Source: Heteronotia binoei (lineage: Eukaryota). Taken from it: DNA of 64,000 nucleotides. A model generated the notes under the pieces. The model saw only the letters and a list, made by a program, of their open reading frames with translations, was not told the origin of the DNA and did not search any database. Both the position numbers and the translations under genes were made by a program. The stretch lies in the NCBI RefSeq assembly GCF_032191835.1, contig NC_083226.1:21390001-21454000 (forward strand), given 5' to 3'. This document shows positions 12,456 through 23,489 of the stretch, in pieces (position 1 is the stretch's first letter; every line of letters starts with the position of its first letter).

Positions 12456-14140
12456 ATGGAAAGGTCAGCTTGCTGAAATTAGAGGAAACAAATGGATTGC
12501 TGCACTTCCATATTTTTTGGGGGGTGATTTTGTATTAGGGAATCAATAGTCAATAAACATCTGTCTGCTTCCTCTGTCACCATCGCCGTCTTCTTCTTCG
12601 TCGTCGTCGTCATCATCATCATCATCAAAAATTTATAATCTGCTCTCCAGGAACCAGCTCAGAGTGGGTAACATCAATATGAAAAAAAAGATACAAGATT
12701 CTAAAAACAATAATAATACAAAATACAAGATTCTAAAAACAATAAACATTGCCTTCTTGTCAACACACTGACTGACCATGTTGGTGCCACACTTTCTGTA
12801 CTCCCCTGCCCCCCGGGCCCGTAATATCCATTTTGAGATGTGGTAATTAGGGAGTCAGCTCCGCACAATATTGCAAAAGCAGTCTCTCATCTGAGATTTA
12901 TGCAAAGGTGATATTCCCAGGCATTATTGCTCCCTAAAATTTTATTTCGATGTATTTTTTACACATCTCATTAAAAGTATCAGACAGGAGTAGACTGAGA
13001 AGTGTAAATGACCCTGGGACAAGCCTAGCCGAGCAACCCCTGTAGTTCCACTGCCACCAATGGACGGGGTCACCTCAGCTCAGTGACACAAACAATTGGT
13101 GATAGTTCACCCATTACTTCCTCCTGAAAACTGAACACTGTGTGGAAAAGGACAATTGGTAAGTTGTTACCAAGCTGCTAATGAAGATAGGGTACCAGCC
13201 AATCTTCCTTCTAAGCTGAGTTAGTGTGCACTAGCTCACAGATTTTTAGCCTCCAGCTCACACATTTTTGTCTTAACTCAGGAAGGATGACCTCAGAGCA
13301 CAATAATTTGTGCAGCAGCTCACAACTTTAATATCAGTAGATAACAAAATAGAATTTTTGCTCACAAGACTCTGCAGCTTCGAGGGAACATTGGTGCTAG
13401 CCTAGGCCTGGCCATTAGTGAGAAGTTTGGCGGCAGGGACATGAAGAATGGGAGGTCTTGTGTTCCACTGTGTGATTTCCAGGGGAGACCCAGAAGTAAA
13501 GTAGGGTAGCTCTAGGAATTTTCAGCGATTTTTAAAGCTGCGCCATGCCACTTACAGGTTTTTCCATAGTGGTCCATGCAATGTCACCTTTAAACATTTT
13601 TCTCCCACCACTACTCAGAGCGCTGGTGGGTGACAGAAACAAGGGGAGGCATTCTCAGGCCCACTGGGGGAATGGTAAACCCAGGTGAAGGTTCTAAACC
13701 AAGTGGCCCCCTAAGGTGCTGACAGGGTGGCTAGGACTGTCCTCTGCTTGCTCCTGGCCACCAGCTGCCTTCCAGGGCAGTGATCCCTCAGGAAATTTTC
13801 CAGTCCATTTTGGTATCCTATTAGCACAGGTGGTTCCCAAAGAGAAGTTTGGTTAAAAATAGAACAAACTGGGATGTGAGGTTTCTTTGTAATATTTTCC
13901 ACCCTATTATGGAAAAATAATCCTAGTGTGGATAAAAAAAAATTCCACATACTCCACTGTCATTAAATATACAGGGTACATCTTAAAAACCTCCATACCA
14001 CATATCTCTACTGTTTCCTCATTTTTATATAACTGGGGCCAAGCTGCATGTTACAAATTCCACATGGTAGATATGAGCTTCTCTCATATCTACCATTCAC
14101 TTAAATTCTGCTAACTCTGGCTTGGGGAATTCCTGGAGAA

Positions 14141-14420
14141 TTGAAGAAGAAGATATTGGATTTATATTCCGCCCTCCACTCCGAAGAGTCTCAGAGTGGC
14201 TCACAATCTCCTTTACCTTCCTCCCCCACAACAGACACCCTGTGAGGTGGGTGGGGCTGGAGAGGGCTCTCACAGCAGCTGCCCTTTTAAGGACAACCTC
14301 TGCCAGAGCTATGGCTGACCCAAGGCCATGCCAGCAGATGCAAGTGGAGGAGTGGGGAATCAAACCTGGTTCTCCCAGATAAGAGTCCGCACACTTAACC
14401 ACTACACCAAACTGGCTCTT
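14141..14420 (-). mobile_element. tRNA-derived SINE (Squam3-like)
   Basis: Reverse complement of the 453-720 family; absent from unit A. Confidence 0.85.
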
Positions 14421-15419
14421 CTATTGGAGGCATTTCCTGGGGAGGGCATAGTAGGGGAAGGGAGAGAGTTCAGTGGAGGATGTGATGTCACTCTAGGACT
14501 TCTATCCCTTTTAGATTCTAATGGTATGCCACTGAGTTCTTTTGAGGTTGGTAAACCTACCCATTACTGAACAACCAACAAGTCCTGTGCTATCCTGGTC
14601 AGATTTTTGTTGGTTTATTTGACTGGAACTGTATGGAAAGGGGAGTCTCTGGAGAGATTTATCAGCAGTCCTGTTCCCAGATGTACACAGCTGGACAATC
14701 AGAAGTCCTGTACAAAGGGATTAGCAATCACCCTGCTGCTGTGAATTCCTGGTGGCAACTCCATCTAGAAATACTGCAGTGGACAGATTCTGATATAGGG
14801 TTGCCATTCCCAAGTTCCGGGTGGGGAATTCCCTGATTTTTGAGGCTTCTTCCCACTGCCGACCAGCTGGCCAGTGGGGGAAACCCCGCCTCCAAGCAGT
14901 GAATTCACCATGCAATGTCTCTGGTAGATAACATCACATGGAAGTCACATTATTGTATTGGAATGTTGCATGGTATGCTTTGGTTTTTGGACAAAATTCT
15001 ATGGTTTGGTTCCAATTTTACCATGGAGTTTTGTCCAAAAACCCACAGCATCACCCCCAACATCACCGACATGATAATTTCACATTCAGGTGATGTCAGC
15101 ATGCCACGCAACAACACTGCCCACTCCTGGAACACCCCCCTTTCCCAATCTCCCCACTAGTTCAATGGTCCCACCTGGCAACATCAGGACTCTGATGTAG
15201 AAGAAGGTGGGCTTCCTGTCTTCCCATTGTGCAGTTTGCATAAGCAGAAATGGCACGGAATGTTCTTATTTGCCTTGTTGGAGAGCTGCCCATGCTAGTG
15301 TTACAGGAAGCAACAGACAGGCTTTTCACATTTGTTAAAAATAATAGTTAATAATAATAGATGGTATTGGGCAAACATGAGTTTTAAGTCAACAAATCCC
15401 AAGTCATTTGAGAAGACAG

Positions 15420-15516
15420 ATGCAAACATCATATTGAACATCTCTGCAGAGTGTGCAAATATGAAATATTAGAACGGGATATAGATCTAGTAAGCCAATC
15501 CTTTATAGATTTGCAT
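15420..15516 (+). promoter_or_regulatory. putative POU/octamer regulatory module upstream of TAS2R
   Basis: ATGCAAAC 15420, GTGCAAAT 15453, perfect ATTTGCAT 15509-15516; same arrangement upstream of every paralog. Confidence 0.6.
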
Positions 15517-15682
15517 TCAGCAGAGCCAATCCTTGAAAGCAGCTCCCACCTTTTCAAGTGCTTTTGCATTCCTAGGAGGTCATACAGTTCTGCTGTGGGG
15601 TGTTCACATTGCTGAAAGAACAGCATTGGTAAATGAGTGGACATCACAGCAGAGGAAACATTTTTCCTTTTTGCTCAGAAAG

Positions 15683-16711
15683 ATGGCATCTGCATTCTTC
15701 ACAATACTGTTTACGCTTCTGGTTATGGAAGTCCTCGTTGGAATGATAGCCAATGGGTTTATTCTCCTCATCAATTGCATCGACTGGTTCAGAAGTAGGA
15801 AATTATCCCCAGTTGACTTGATCCTGAGCTGTCTTGGCTTGTCCAGACTTGCATGGCAGGCAATAGGCTTACTGGATGCAACTCTGTTTTTCTTTTTTCT
15901 GGGCACCTATCTATCCAGTTCCATGCAGTTAATGTTTCCTATCTTGTTTATGTTTATGAACACAGTCAATATTTGGTTTGCCACCTGGCTGAGTGTTCTG
16001 TATTTTGTCAAGATCACCATTTTCTCCCACCCAGTTATCCTTCGGGTGAAGCAGAGATTCTCCAGGTTGGTCCCATGGCTGCTTCTGGGCTCATTTGTCT
16101 TTTCTGCTGTTTTTACTACGATTATTATCACAGGCTTGAACTATGACGCTAGGAGTTGCCATCGCTACAAATCACTTCTAAGCAACAGCAATGATTCACA
16201 AATTAAAACACCTCCCTTCTGTTGGTACTTTACCATTCTAGCTACTGCTCCCCATTTCATTGCAATCTTGATATTTGCGTCATCCACCATCTTGTTAATA
16301 GTCTCTCTGTGGAAACACACAAGGAGTGTGCAATGCAATGGAGTTGGCCCCAGAGATCTCAGCACTCAAGTTCATTTGACTGCCATCAAAGCTCTGGCTT
16401 CCTTCCTTATTCTGTACCTGTCCTGTTTTATAGCGATCATTTTGCAGTCACTAATCACCTGGCGGAAGAATCACACTTGGACTTCTGTGCTTTATCATAA
16501 CGTGACTGCGGCATATCCTTCTGGACATGCCATTATCCTGATATTAATTAACCCAAGACTGAAACAGGCATGGGTCAGAATGCTACAGCATTTAAACTGT
16601 TTGAGAGACTTAGGCTGGTTTCACACTGTGAAATTGACACGATTGTATCGCATTCAGAAAAAATCCACTAAAGTTTGCACCATTTCTGGGCAATCAGAGA
16701 GCTGCTGCTGA
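15683..16711 (+). CDS. TAS2R: bitter taste receptor type 2, open ORF 342 aa with MITE-derived C-terminal 32 aa
   Basis: TAS2R motifs GMIANGFI.LINCIDW, LSPVDLILSCLGLSRL, WFATWLSVLYFVKI..FSHP, LLIVSLWKH, HLTAIK, YPSGHAIILILINPRLKQAW; ECL2 N-glycosylation site NDS. The ATG aligns with paralog starts. Confidence 0.95.
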   Translation: MASAFFTILFTLLVMEVLVGMIANGFILLINCIDWFRSRKLSPVDLILSCLGLSRLAWQAIGLLDATLFFFFLGTYLSSSMQLMFPILFMFMNTVNIWFATWLSVLYFVKITIFSHPVILRVKQRFSRLVPWLLLGSFVFSAVFTTIIITGLNYDARSCHRYKSLLSNSNDSQIKTPPFCWYFTILATAPHFIAILIFASSTILLIVSLWKHTRSVQCNGVGPRDLSTQVHLTAIKALASFLILYLSCFIAIILQSLITWRKNHTWTSVLYHNVTAAYPSGHAIILILINPRLKQAWVRMLQHLNCLRDLGWFHTVKLTRLYRIQKKSTKVCTISGQSESCC

Positions 16712-17163
16712 AATGGCAGGATCCTGGCAGCGGTCAGTGATTGCCCATTTACACTGCTAGTCGAGTTCAACCACGGACCTGCTGCAGAAAGGGTTGTCTC
16801 TTTTAAAAAAGGCCCTGTGTGTGCACTCAGTTGGAGAAGCAGTGAAGCGCACCTCGGAGAGGGTGAGGGGTAACCCCCCTCCTCCCTCCCTTGCCAGAAA
16901 CGGCTTGGTGCAATCACACAGCTCTTCCACTTATGAACCGCCCTAGGGCATTCAGACAGCAGCTGATTATGCAACCTACATCCGATTCAGGGGGATGCTA
17001 CTGGGAAAATCCAGGTAGCTTTTTGAGGCAGATAGGAGGCGTCTGGAGACAGGGTTAGTGTGGGTGCAGCTCGGAGGGCAGATGTGCTCGTGTGATTGTG
17101 CACTTTTAATCCTTTATGGGAGGCAGGGCTAGGTCGGGGCAAATCTCTTGTGTGAAACCACCC
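16613..17163. mobile_element. PIF/Harbinger-type MITE inserted two codons before the ancestral TAS2R stop
   Basis: TIR GGCTGGTTTCACAC / GTGTGAAACCACCC (13/14); TTA TSD at 16610-16612 and 17164-17166. Confidence 0.9.
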
Positions 17164-17809
17164 TTACTGTCTTAGAACCTCTCAAGAGGCCATTGGGAGA
17201 AGATATGCTCTTGAGGAAGAAGGATCCTGAAAAATCGTTTGAGTACAATCCCCAAAGCAGGGGTGCTCTATCCATCAGATACACCTAGGCTATCACCTAG
17301 GGCACTAGAGGTAGAGGGGTACCCAAATCAACTTGGGGCCCATGTTATCTCAAGAAACCTTATTAATGGTATAGCTTCTTGAACAGAATAGGCCTGAGAA
17401 TTTACTTTTAGTTTTCAGATTTGCAAATGTATATGCTTCTTACAGTTTTAAGTTTTCTCTCGTTCCAGCCTTGAGGAAGGAATGAGAATTTTGGGGGTAT
17501 AAATTTTAGAGAGTCAAAGTTCCCTCTTTCATGAAGGGAGGTTTGACTCTTGAAAGCTTATCTTTTTGGTCTCTACAGTGCTACTGTACTTGAATCTAGC
17601 TGTTCTACCACAGAGCAACATGGTTATCCTCTGAAACAATCTCAAGAAAAATAATCTATGACTAAAATGAACATGCCTAGACTAAATCTTACAATAAGTA
17701 GAACTCAGTTCAAAACAATTATTCTTTGGAAGATGCCACTCAATGCTCAGTTTACATCATGGCAGAGGAAACAAATTAAAAGAAGAAAAAAAAGTGGAGG
17801 AAGAAGAGG

Positions 17810-18021
17810 AGGGGAAGAAGGAGATTGGATTTATACCCCACCTTTCACTCAGGGTCAGAGCTGCTTATAATCTCCTTCCTTTCCTCTCCTGACAACAAAC
17901 ACCCTGTGAGGCAGGTGGCGCTGAGAGAGCTCTGAGGCTAGCTGCATGTTGAGGAGTGGGGAATCAAACCCGCTTCTCCAGATTAGAGTTTGCCATTCTT
18001 AACCACTACTCGATGGCTCTC
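17810..18021 (-). mobile_element. tRNA-derived SINE (Squam3-like, shorter variant)
   Basis: Shares GGAGTGGGGAATCAAACCC and ATTGGATTTATACCCC with the other copies. Confidence 0.8.
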
Positions 18022-18225
18022 TTATTTAGATGTTTTGATACAGTTATGCGAGGGTCATGTAACTGGGCATTTATAATGTAGCCCTGACCTAGATAGCCCA
18101 AACTAGCCCAATCTCATCAAAACTCAGAAGCTAAAGAATAAGACTTAGAAATTTCGTAAGCATAAGACTTAGAAATTGTTAAATAATTTAAATAATATCT
18201 AGATTTTTAGAATGGTTCAAACTTA

Positions 18226-18491
18226 GGCCGTTTTCCCACAGAGCTTACCACGGAGCGACGTCCCTCTTCACCGCGCAGCGTCTGCGCGGATTTCCCACCA
18301 ACTGCTCTGCAGAACCAGGAAGTGCCGGACCTTTTGCATCGCAGATGTAAACCGCTAAAAACCAGTTTACGTTAGTGACGCAAAAGCCGCGGCTCTTCCT
18401 GGTTATGTGGAGCAGTTGGTGGGAAATCCGCGCAGACGCTGCGTGGTGAAGAGGGACATCGCTCCGCGGTAAGCTCTGTGGGAAAACGGCC
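18226..18491. mobile_element. fully palindromic Harbinger-type MITE (266 bp)
   Basis: GGCCGTTTTCCCACAGAGCTTACC...GGTAAGCTCTGTGGGAAAACGGCC; TTA TSD on both sides; CpG-rich, so probably young. Confidence 0.92.
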
Positions 18492-18524
18492 TTAGAGTGT
18501 AAAAATCTAACTGCAAAAGATGTA

Positions 18525-18842
18525 TCTTTATTAGTAGACTATCACAACTCAGAAAGTTCTTGTTTATTCCTCAATATTCCTCAATTGAGAATTCACCTCA
18601 ATATTGTAATAATGATGTTTTACTATCTGCTTTCACATTTGAAATTATTAAATAATGAAGACAATATAGATATTGAGGATGGATTAAATTTAGTGCAGGG
18701 ATTTCTCTAATTGTAAAAGATTGAATATTTTTATTATTAATAGAATATAGCAGAAAGTTCTTGTTTAGTCTTCTAAAGAGAGAACTCACCTCCAAATACT
18801 GTAATAATGACACTTTACTATCTGCTGTAACATTTGAAATTT
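18525..18842. repeat. diverged ~205-bp tandem duplication
   Basis: CAGAAAGTTCTTGTTTA...TTTACTATCTGCT...CATTTGAAATT occurs twice. Confidence 0.75.
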
Positions 18843-18914
18843 GTATTTTTATGAAAACAGTTGATTTTACTCGTTGTATGTAATTACTCATAATACTTGA
18901 AAATTACTGATGAA

Positions 18915-19222
18915 ATTAAGAAGAATTGAAGAATTGCAGATTTATACCCTGCCCTTCTCTTTGAATCAGAGACTCAGAGCAGCTTACAATCTCCTTATCT
19001 TCTCCCCTCACAACAAACATCCTGTGAGGTGGGGGGGGGCTGAGAGGGCTTTCACAGCACCTGCCCTTTCAAGGACAACCTCTGCGAGAGCTATGGCTAA
19101 CCCAAGGCCATTCCAGCAAGTGCAAGCGGAGGAGTGGGGAATCAAACCCGGTTCTCCCAGATAAAAGTCCATGCATTTAACCACTACACCAAACTGGCTC
19201 TCCACACCAAACTGGCTCTCCA
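18915..19222 (-). mobile_element. tRNA-derived SINE (Squam3-like)
   Basis: Same family; short head duplication CACCAAACTGGCTCTCC x2. Confidence 0.85.
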
Positions 19223-19349
19223 TTACATTTCCTCCTTCTCCTTCCCTTTCTTACCCCACCTTTCTCTCTCTCTCTCTTTTTTTTTTGGAAAAATAGAAAA
19301 CCCCATGACAGTCAGTGACAACTTGATGACAGAAAAAAAAAAAGCCACA

Positions 19350-19760
19350 CCCTAAAAGGGAAAACCCAGCTGGCTATCTCCGGACCAAAGGAGGCAAAAC
19401 TACAAAATACTCGCACACGGGCCTTCTCTATCGCAGCTCCACACCTATGGAACCAGCTCCCGGAAGAAGTGCGAGCCCTGCAGAGCCTTGACCAGTTCCG
19501 CAGGGCCTGCAAGACCACCCTTTTCAGGATGGCCTTTGCCGGCTGAGTGACTGATGTTAGGTGACTTCTATCACCATTATTTTATGAACAGAATTAGCAC
19601 CTGAAATCTATTTGTATTTGTATTCGTTTTAAATTGGAATGTTTTAAGACTAATGTGATTTTAAACCTTTGTATAATTATATGAATATGTTGTTAGCCGC
19701 CCTGAGCCCGCTTCGGCGGGGAGGGCGGGATATAAATAAAATGTTATTATTATTATTATT
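19350..19760 (+). mobile_element. L2 3' fragment
   Basis: RAFSIAAPHLWNQLPEEVRAL...FRRACKTTLFRMAF-like translation, GCCGCCCTGAGCC..GGGCGGGATATAAAT tail, (TTA)n. Confidence 0.88.
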
Positions 19761-19799
19761 GAATTGCTTAGATCTGGGTTGTGATGAGGCTAACTTATC

Positions 19800-20566
19800 C
19801 AGGGGTGTCAAACATGCGGTCCGGAGACCAGATCAGGCCCCCAGAGGGGTCCTATGAGGCAGTGGTGGACTGGGTCTGAAAATATTGGCTGCCAGGAGAC
19901 AAAGGGGGCCCACCCACAACTATGAGACTATCATTTAATTTTTATAAAAAATAAATAAAATATTCAAAAATACATCAGTGGAAAAAAGGTACAATTAAAA
20001 CTTTTGCAAAATAATTTTTAATTTTTTTTCATTAAAATAGTAATACAACGTAAATTTTAGTTGCATTTACAGTAATAATATTGGGACTTCTATTATATGT
20101 TCAAGCTACTAAAAGGTCATTACCATTTTTAACATATTGCCTAATGTTTAAGGGGGCCCACTTCATCAGGGACCCACTTGACATTGGGCAAGCTGACACC
20201 CTGGCCAGTCTGGCACTGCTATGAGGCCAATGAGCAAATCAAAAGTAGGTTTGCAACTTGCAGTTTCACACCTGAACAACACTTGAACAGTATTCTCAAA
20301 ATTGCTACAGCACAGACATTGTCTCCAGTTTTTGATGCAATAATTCAGAACAAACGGTGTCAGTTATCAGAAATCGTTAAATGAATAAAATATTGCAAGG
20401 GTGCTAATGTTTTAAGTGTGTTTTATTTTAAGTTTTAAAAAAAAAATCTTTGTGTTTGTCTGTGTCCGCTACCTGGCATTACAATTTATGACACCCATGG
20501 TCTGGCCCAACAAGGCCTTATTTATATCAGATCCGTCCCTCTTAACAAATGAATTCAACACCCCTG
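19800..20566. mobile_element. hAT-type MITE (CAGGGGTGT termini) containing a nested MITE
   Basis: Termini CAGGGGTGTCAAAC / CAACACCCCTG; no clean TSD seen. Confidence 0.7.
19860..20218. mobile_element. nested hAT-type MITE
   Basis: TIR CAGTGGTGGACTGG / CCAGTCTGGCACTG; perfect 8-bp TSD CTATGAGG. Confidence 0.88.
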
Positions 20567-21939
20567 AGATCTTTTCTGATCTTTTCAGTAACAATTAATT
20601 ACACATTTATTCAAAATCCAATTAAAATGCTTTAGTTTAATTTATTCAACAAAACTGATGAAGCCGATCCAATGATACCAGCTTTTCAATGTGGGCTAGT
20701 CACTTAGCAAGCAAACTATTTAATTGTTCAGTAAATTCTTAATATGTTGAATGAGCTTGATAAAGTGATACCAATTCCCCAGTGTCTGGTTTAAAGTCAT
20801 TCTGCCGGAGTCTTAAATCACCACATTCAGTAATCTGGAGTCAATTTGTTTTCTTGGAGAGAAGTTGGAAGGCCACACTAAAATTATGTTCCACCAAATA
20901 TGGGAATGCAACAAGCAACTTGTTAACCATTGTCTATAGTGCTGGATAATGACAAGAAATTTCCTTGTATAACCAAAACTTTTGTTAACATTTCTTAAAC
21001 TCTGGCTTCAGTTCAATGCCATTTTGTAGGTCAGTTCTTTCATTAACCCAGTTTCCCACAGAGTTACGCTTACATAATCTGGAAATATTAATATTGGGCA
21101 GACTGACAAAAATTACACTTATATAGCTGAAAAGCATATTTCATAATCAAGAGTTTCAGTAACTGAGAATGCAGGAATATAAATACCACACTCCCATATT
21201 GTTATGTTATGAATTTAGCAGCAGAAACTTTTTAAAATGACAAAGAAACAAAAACAAAAGCAATGACAACACCTTCTCAAAACTGATCTGCCTAGAGCTG
21301 TGGTGGGGTATTTATTAGAAATTCCAGTAGTTTCCACCGCTTTTCAGCACTATGCAGAGACAGAAAATTGGAGTACCATTTGCCAGCATCTAGGTTCTAG
21401 TCTCATCTATCATAAATAAGTGCACAATACTGTGAAAGGGACCCACATTGGCTATGGCCCTACATCAGTTCTAGTTAAAAAAAAAAAAAAGGAAGGGACA
21501 TAGGTAGCTCTAGGAATCACCAGAAATATTGTAGTTTTATCATAGAGTTTCTGGTGATCCCTAGAGCTACCTATGTCACATCTGAGGGTTTTGGGTTTTT
21601 TTGCTGGAAGTGACATGACACTGCAGCCAGTGTCACACCAGGGGTTATTTTTCACCTGTCATCATAAGTGTTTAAACTAACTAGATCTGTATACCCCCCA
21701 AACAATAATTCCTATGCACTTTATTTCTTCATTGTTAATCTTAATCTTTTGAAAAACAGAATCACTTCCACAATGTGTTAAATTCACATGGAACACAAGA
21801 ATTTCAGTTATTTTCCAGACTGATCTTACATCCACAGACTTAATACAATAATAATTGAATACCTTAATTGATTCTCTAGAAGGTTTTCTGGATATGTCAT
21901 GTAAACTACCATGTCATCAGTAAATACATTTATTTTATA

Positions 21940-22340
21940 TTTTATTTATTTTAAATATATATTGTCTATCTTTTTTTCCATATGGAGCTTAAGGTGGCTT
22001 ACAAACATAGATAAAATGGAATAAAATACATCAAAAACATAACATTTAAAATCACTACTCAGAACTCCTATTGAATTTAACCAAATGAAGAGTTGAATAA
22101 AACTGTCTTCAACTGCCTCCGAAAGATCGGAAGTGAGGGGACCAGGTATGCTTCCCTGGAGAGGTTGTTCTGGAATTGTGAGACTGCCACTTAAAAGGCC
22201 CTCTCTCATGTACCCAACAAGGAAGCTTCTTTGATTGATGGGACAGTCAGGAGGGTCTCTTCCTGTGATCTTAATTCCTGGGCAGAAACATATGGGGGAA
22301 GACAGTCCTTCTGGTCCCAGGTTATGTAGGGCTTTAATCT
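21940..22340 (-). mobile_element. older L2 3' fragment
   Basis: TTTATTT tail and a degenerate KALHNLGP...L/FRKQLKT-type region. Confidence 0.7.
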
Positions 22341-22657
22341 TCAAAACCAACAACTTGGTGTGATTCCTTGAACTGAGTGATCCCTTACAGCCACTCCCTG
22401 AATCTTAGTATCTTGTTGAATATATCTGGCCATAGGTTCTCACAAAATCACAAATAATAATACCGACGAAGGACAGCCTTGCTTAGTTTCATGGCATAAT
22501 TTTCTTAGTAAGTTGTCCATTGATGATCATTTTCACAGAACACATTCAATATATTATAATTATCCAGTCCTTAAAAACGCCGTTGAAACCAAAGTTCTCC
22601 AAGCAAAGGTTTTCTTCCAGCCCATCAAGGGTTTATTCAGTGTCTAATGACAAAATG

Positions 22658-22868
22658 GCCTTGACCTGGATAACCCAGACTAACCTAGTCTTGTCAGATT
22701 TCAGAAGCTAAGCATAGCTGGCTTTTTCTAGTATTTGGATGGGAGACCTTCTTGGAATATGAGGGTCACAATGTAGAGGCAGGCAATGGCAAATCACCAT
22801 GGATGTCTCTTGCCTTGAAAACCATATGGGGTCATCATAAATCAGCTGTGACTTGAGGGCAAAAAAAG
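22658..22868 (+). mobile_element. 5S rRNA-derived SINE with RTE/BovB-like tail
   Basis: CAGAAGCTAAGC (5S box A) and TTGGATGGGAGACC (box C), then a GGCAATGGCAAA.CACC tail also present in the Sauria-type SINE at 27291. Confidence 0.75.
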
Positions 22869-23489
22869 ATAAAATGATGGTTGGAATTTTCTTCACTTTG
22901 ACATTTATTAACATTTATTGATATTCAATATTTCTCATATGTTGCCTATCAGAAATTGGTCAAATGAAAAGTGTCTGATGGTAGATTTTAATCTGTTTGA
23001 TTTAATATATTTGATAGATTTAAATCTTTCCCTGTTTTGAGAATCAGTACAATTTTGCTTTCAATCCGTCTTCTAGGTAACATTTTTGATTCAAATATTA
23101 AAAGCCATTGTTAAGGGCCATGCAATTACGTAGGTCTACAAAGCACTGATAAAGCCCATCAATAATTGGAGCTTTATTCTTTTTAAAACTGTTTTATGGC
23201 TAGATCTACCTTTTCTCCTGCAATCTCTGTGTCCAATTTACCCATATTCTTGGATGATAATTTTGGAAGATTTCTTTTCTAAACAAAAGCAAAAACAAAA
23301 AACCCCACCTTTTGCTTTAGGTCATGGAGACGTAAATAATTCCTTGTAACATTGAACAAATTCTTACTGAATTTTATTATTATCTGCAGTAAATTTTCCT
23401 TCTCTCTTAACCGATTCTAGTATTTCTCACTTTTTTCTTAATTAGTCTATAGGACAACAGTTTCCCTGCTGTGTCACTTTTAAAAAAAA

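Noticed and set aside
11958-12476. Two similar ORFs on opposite strands
   Set aside because: By-product of the DNA palindrome.
15533-15682. 50-aa N-terminal extension in the ORF track (likewise for the 24497 and 58225 starts)
   Set aside because: The track start at 15533 is TTG. The extensions are not conserved between paralogs, and the homologous ATG after LRK/LRE aligns across all copies.
21497-21577. Near-perfect ~30-bp-arm hairpin
   Set aside because: Internal palindrome of a common lizard repeat (GTAGCTCTAGGAA core also at ~5160 and ~13507), so not locus-specific.
22680-22750. Possible 5S rRNA gene
   Set aside because: Degenerate and partial, and fused to an RTE-like tail; it is a SINE.
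20640-23260. Old L1 ORF2 remnants (20640-21200, 22900-23260)
   Set aside because: Only faint motifs are visible and the boundaries cannot be supported without alignment.
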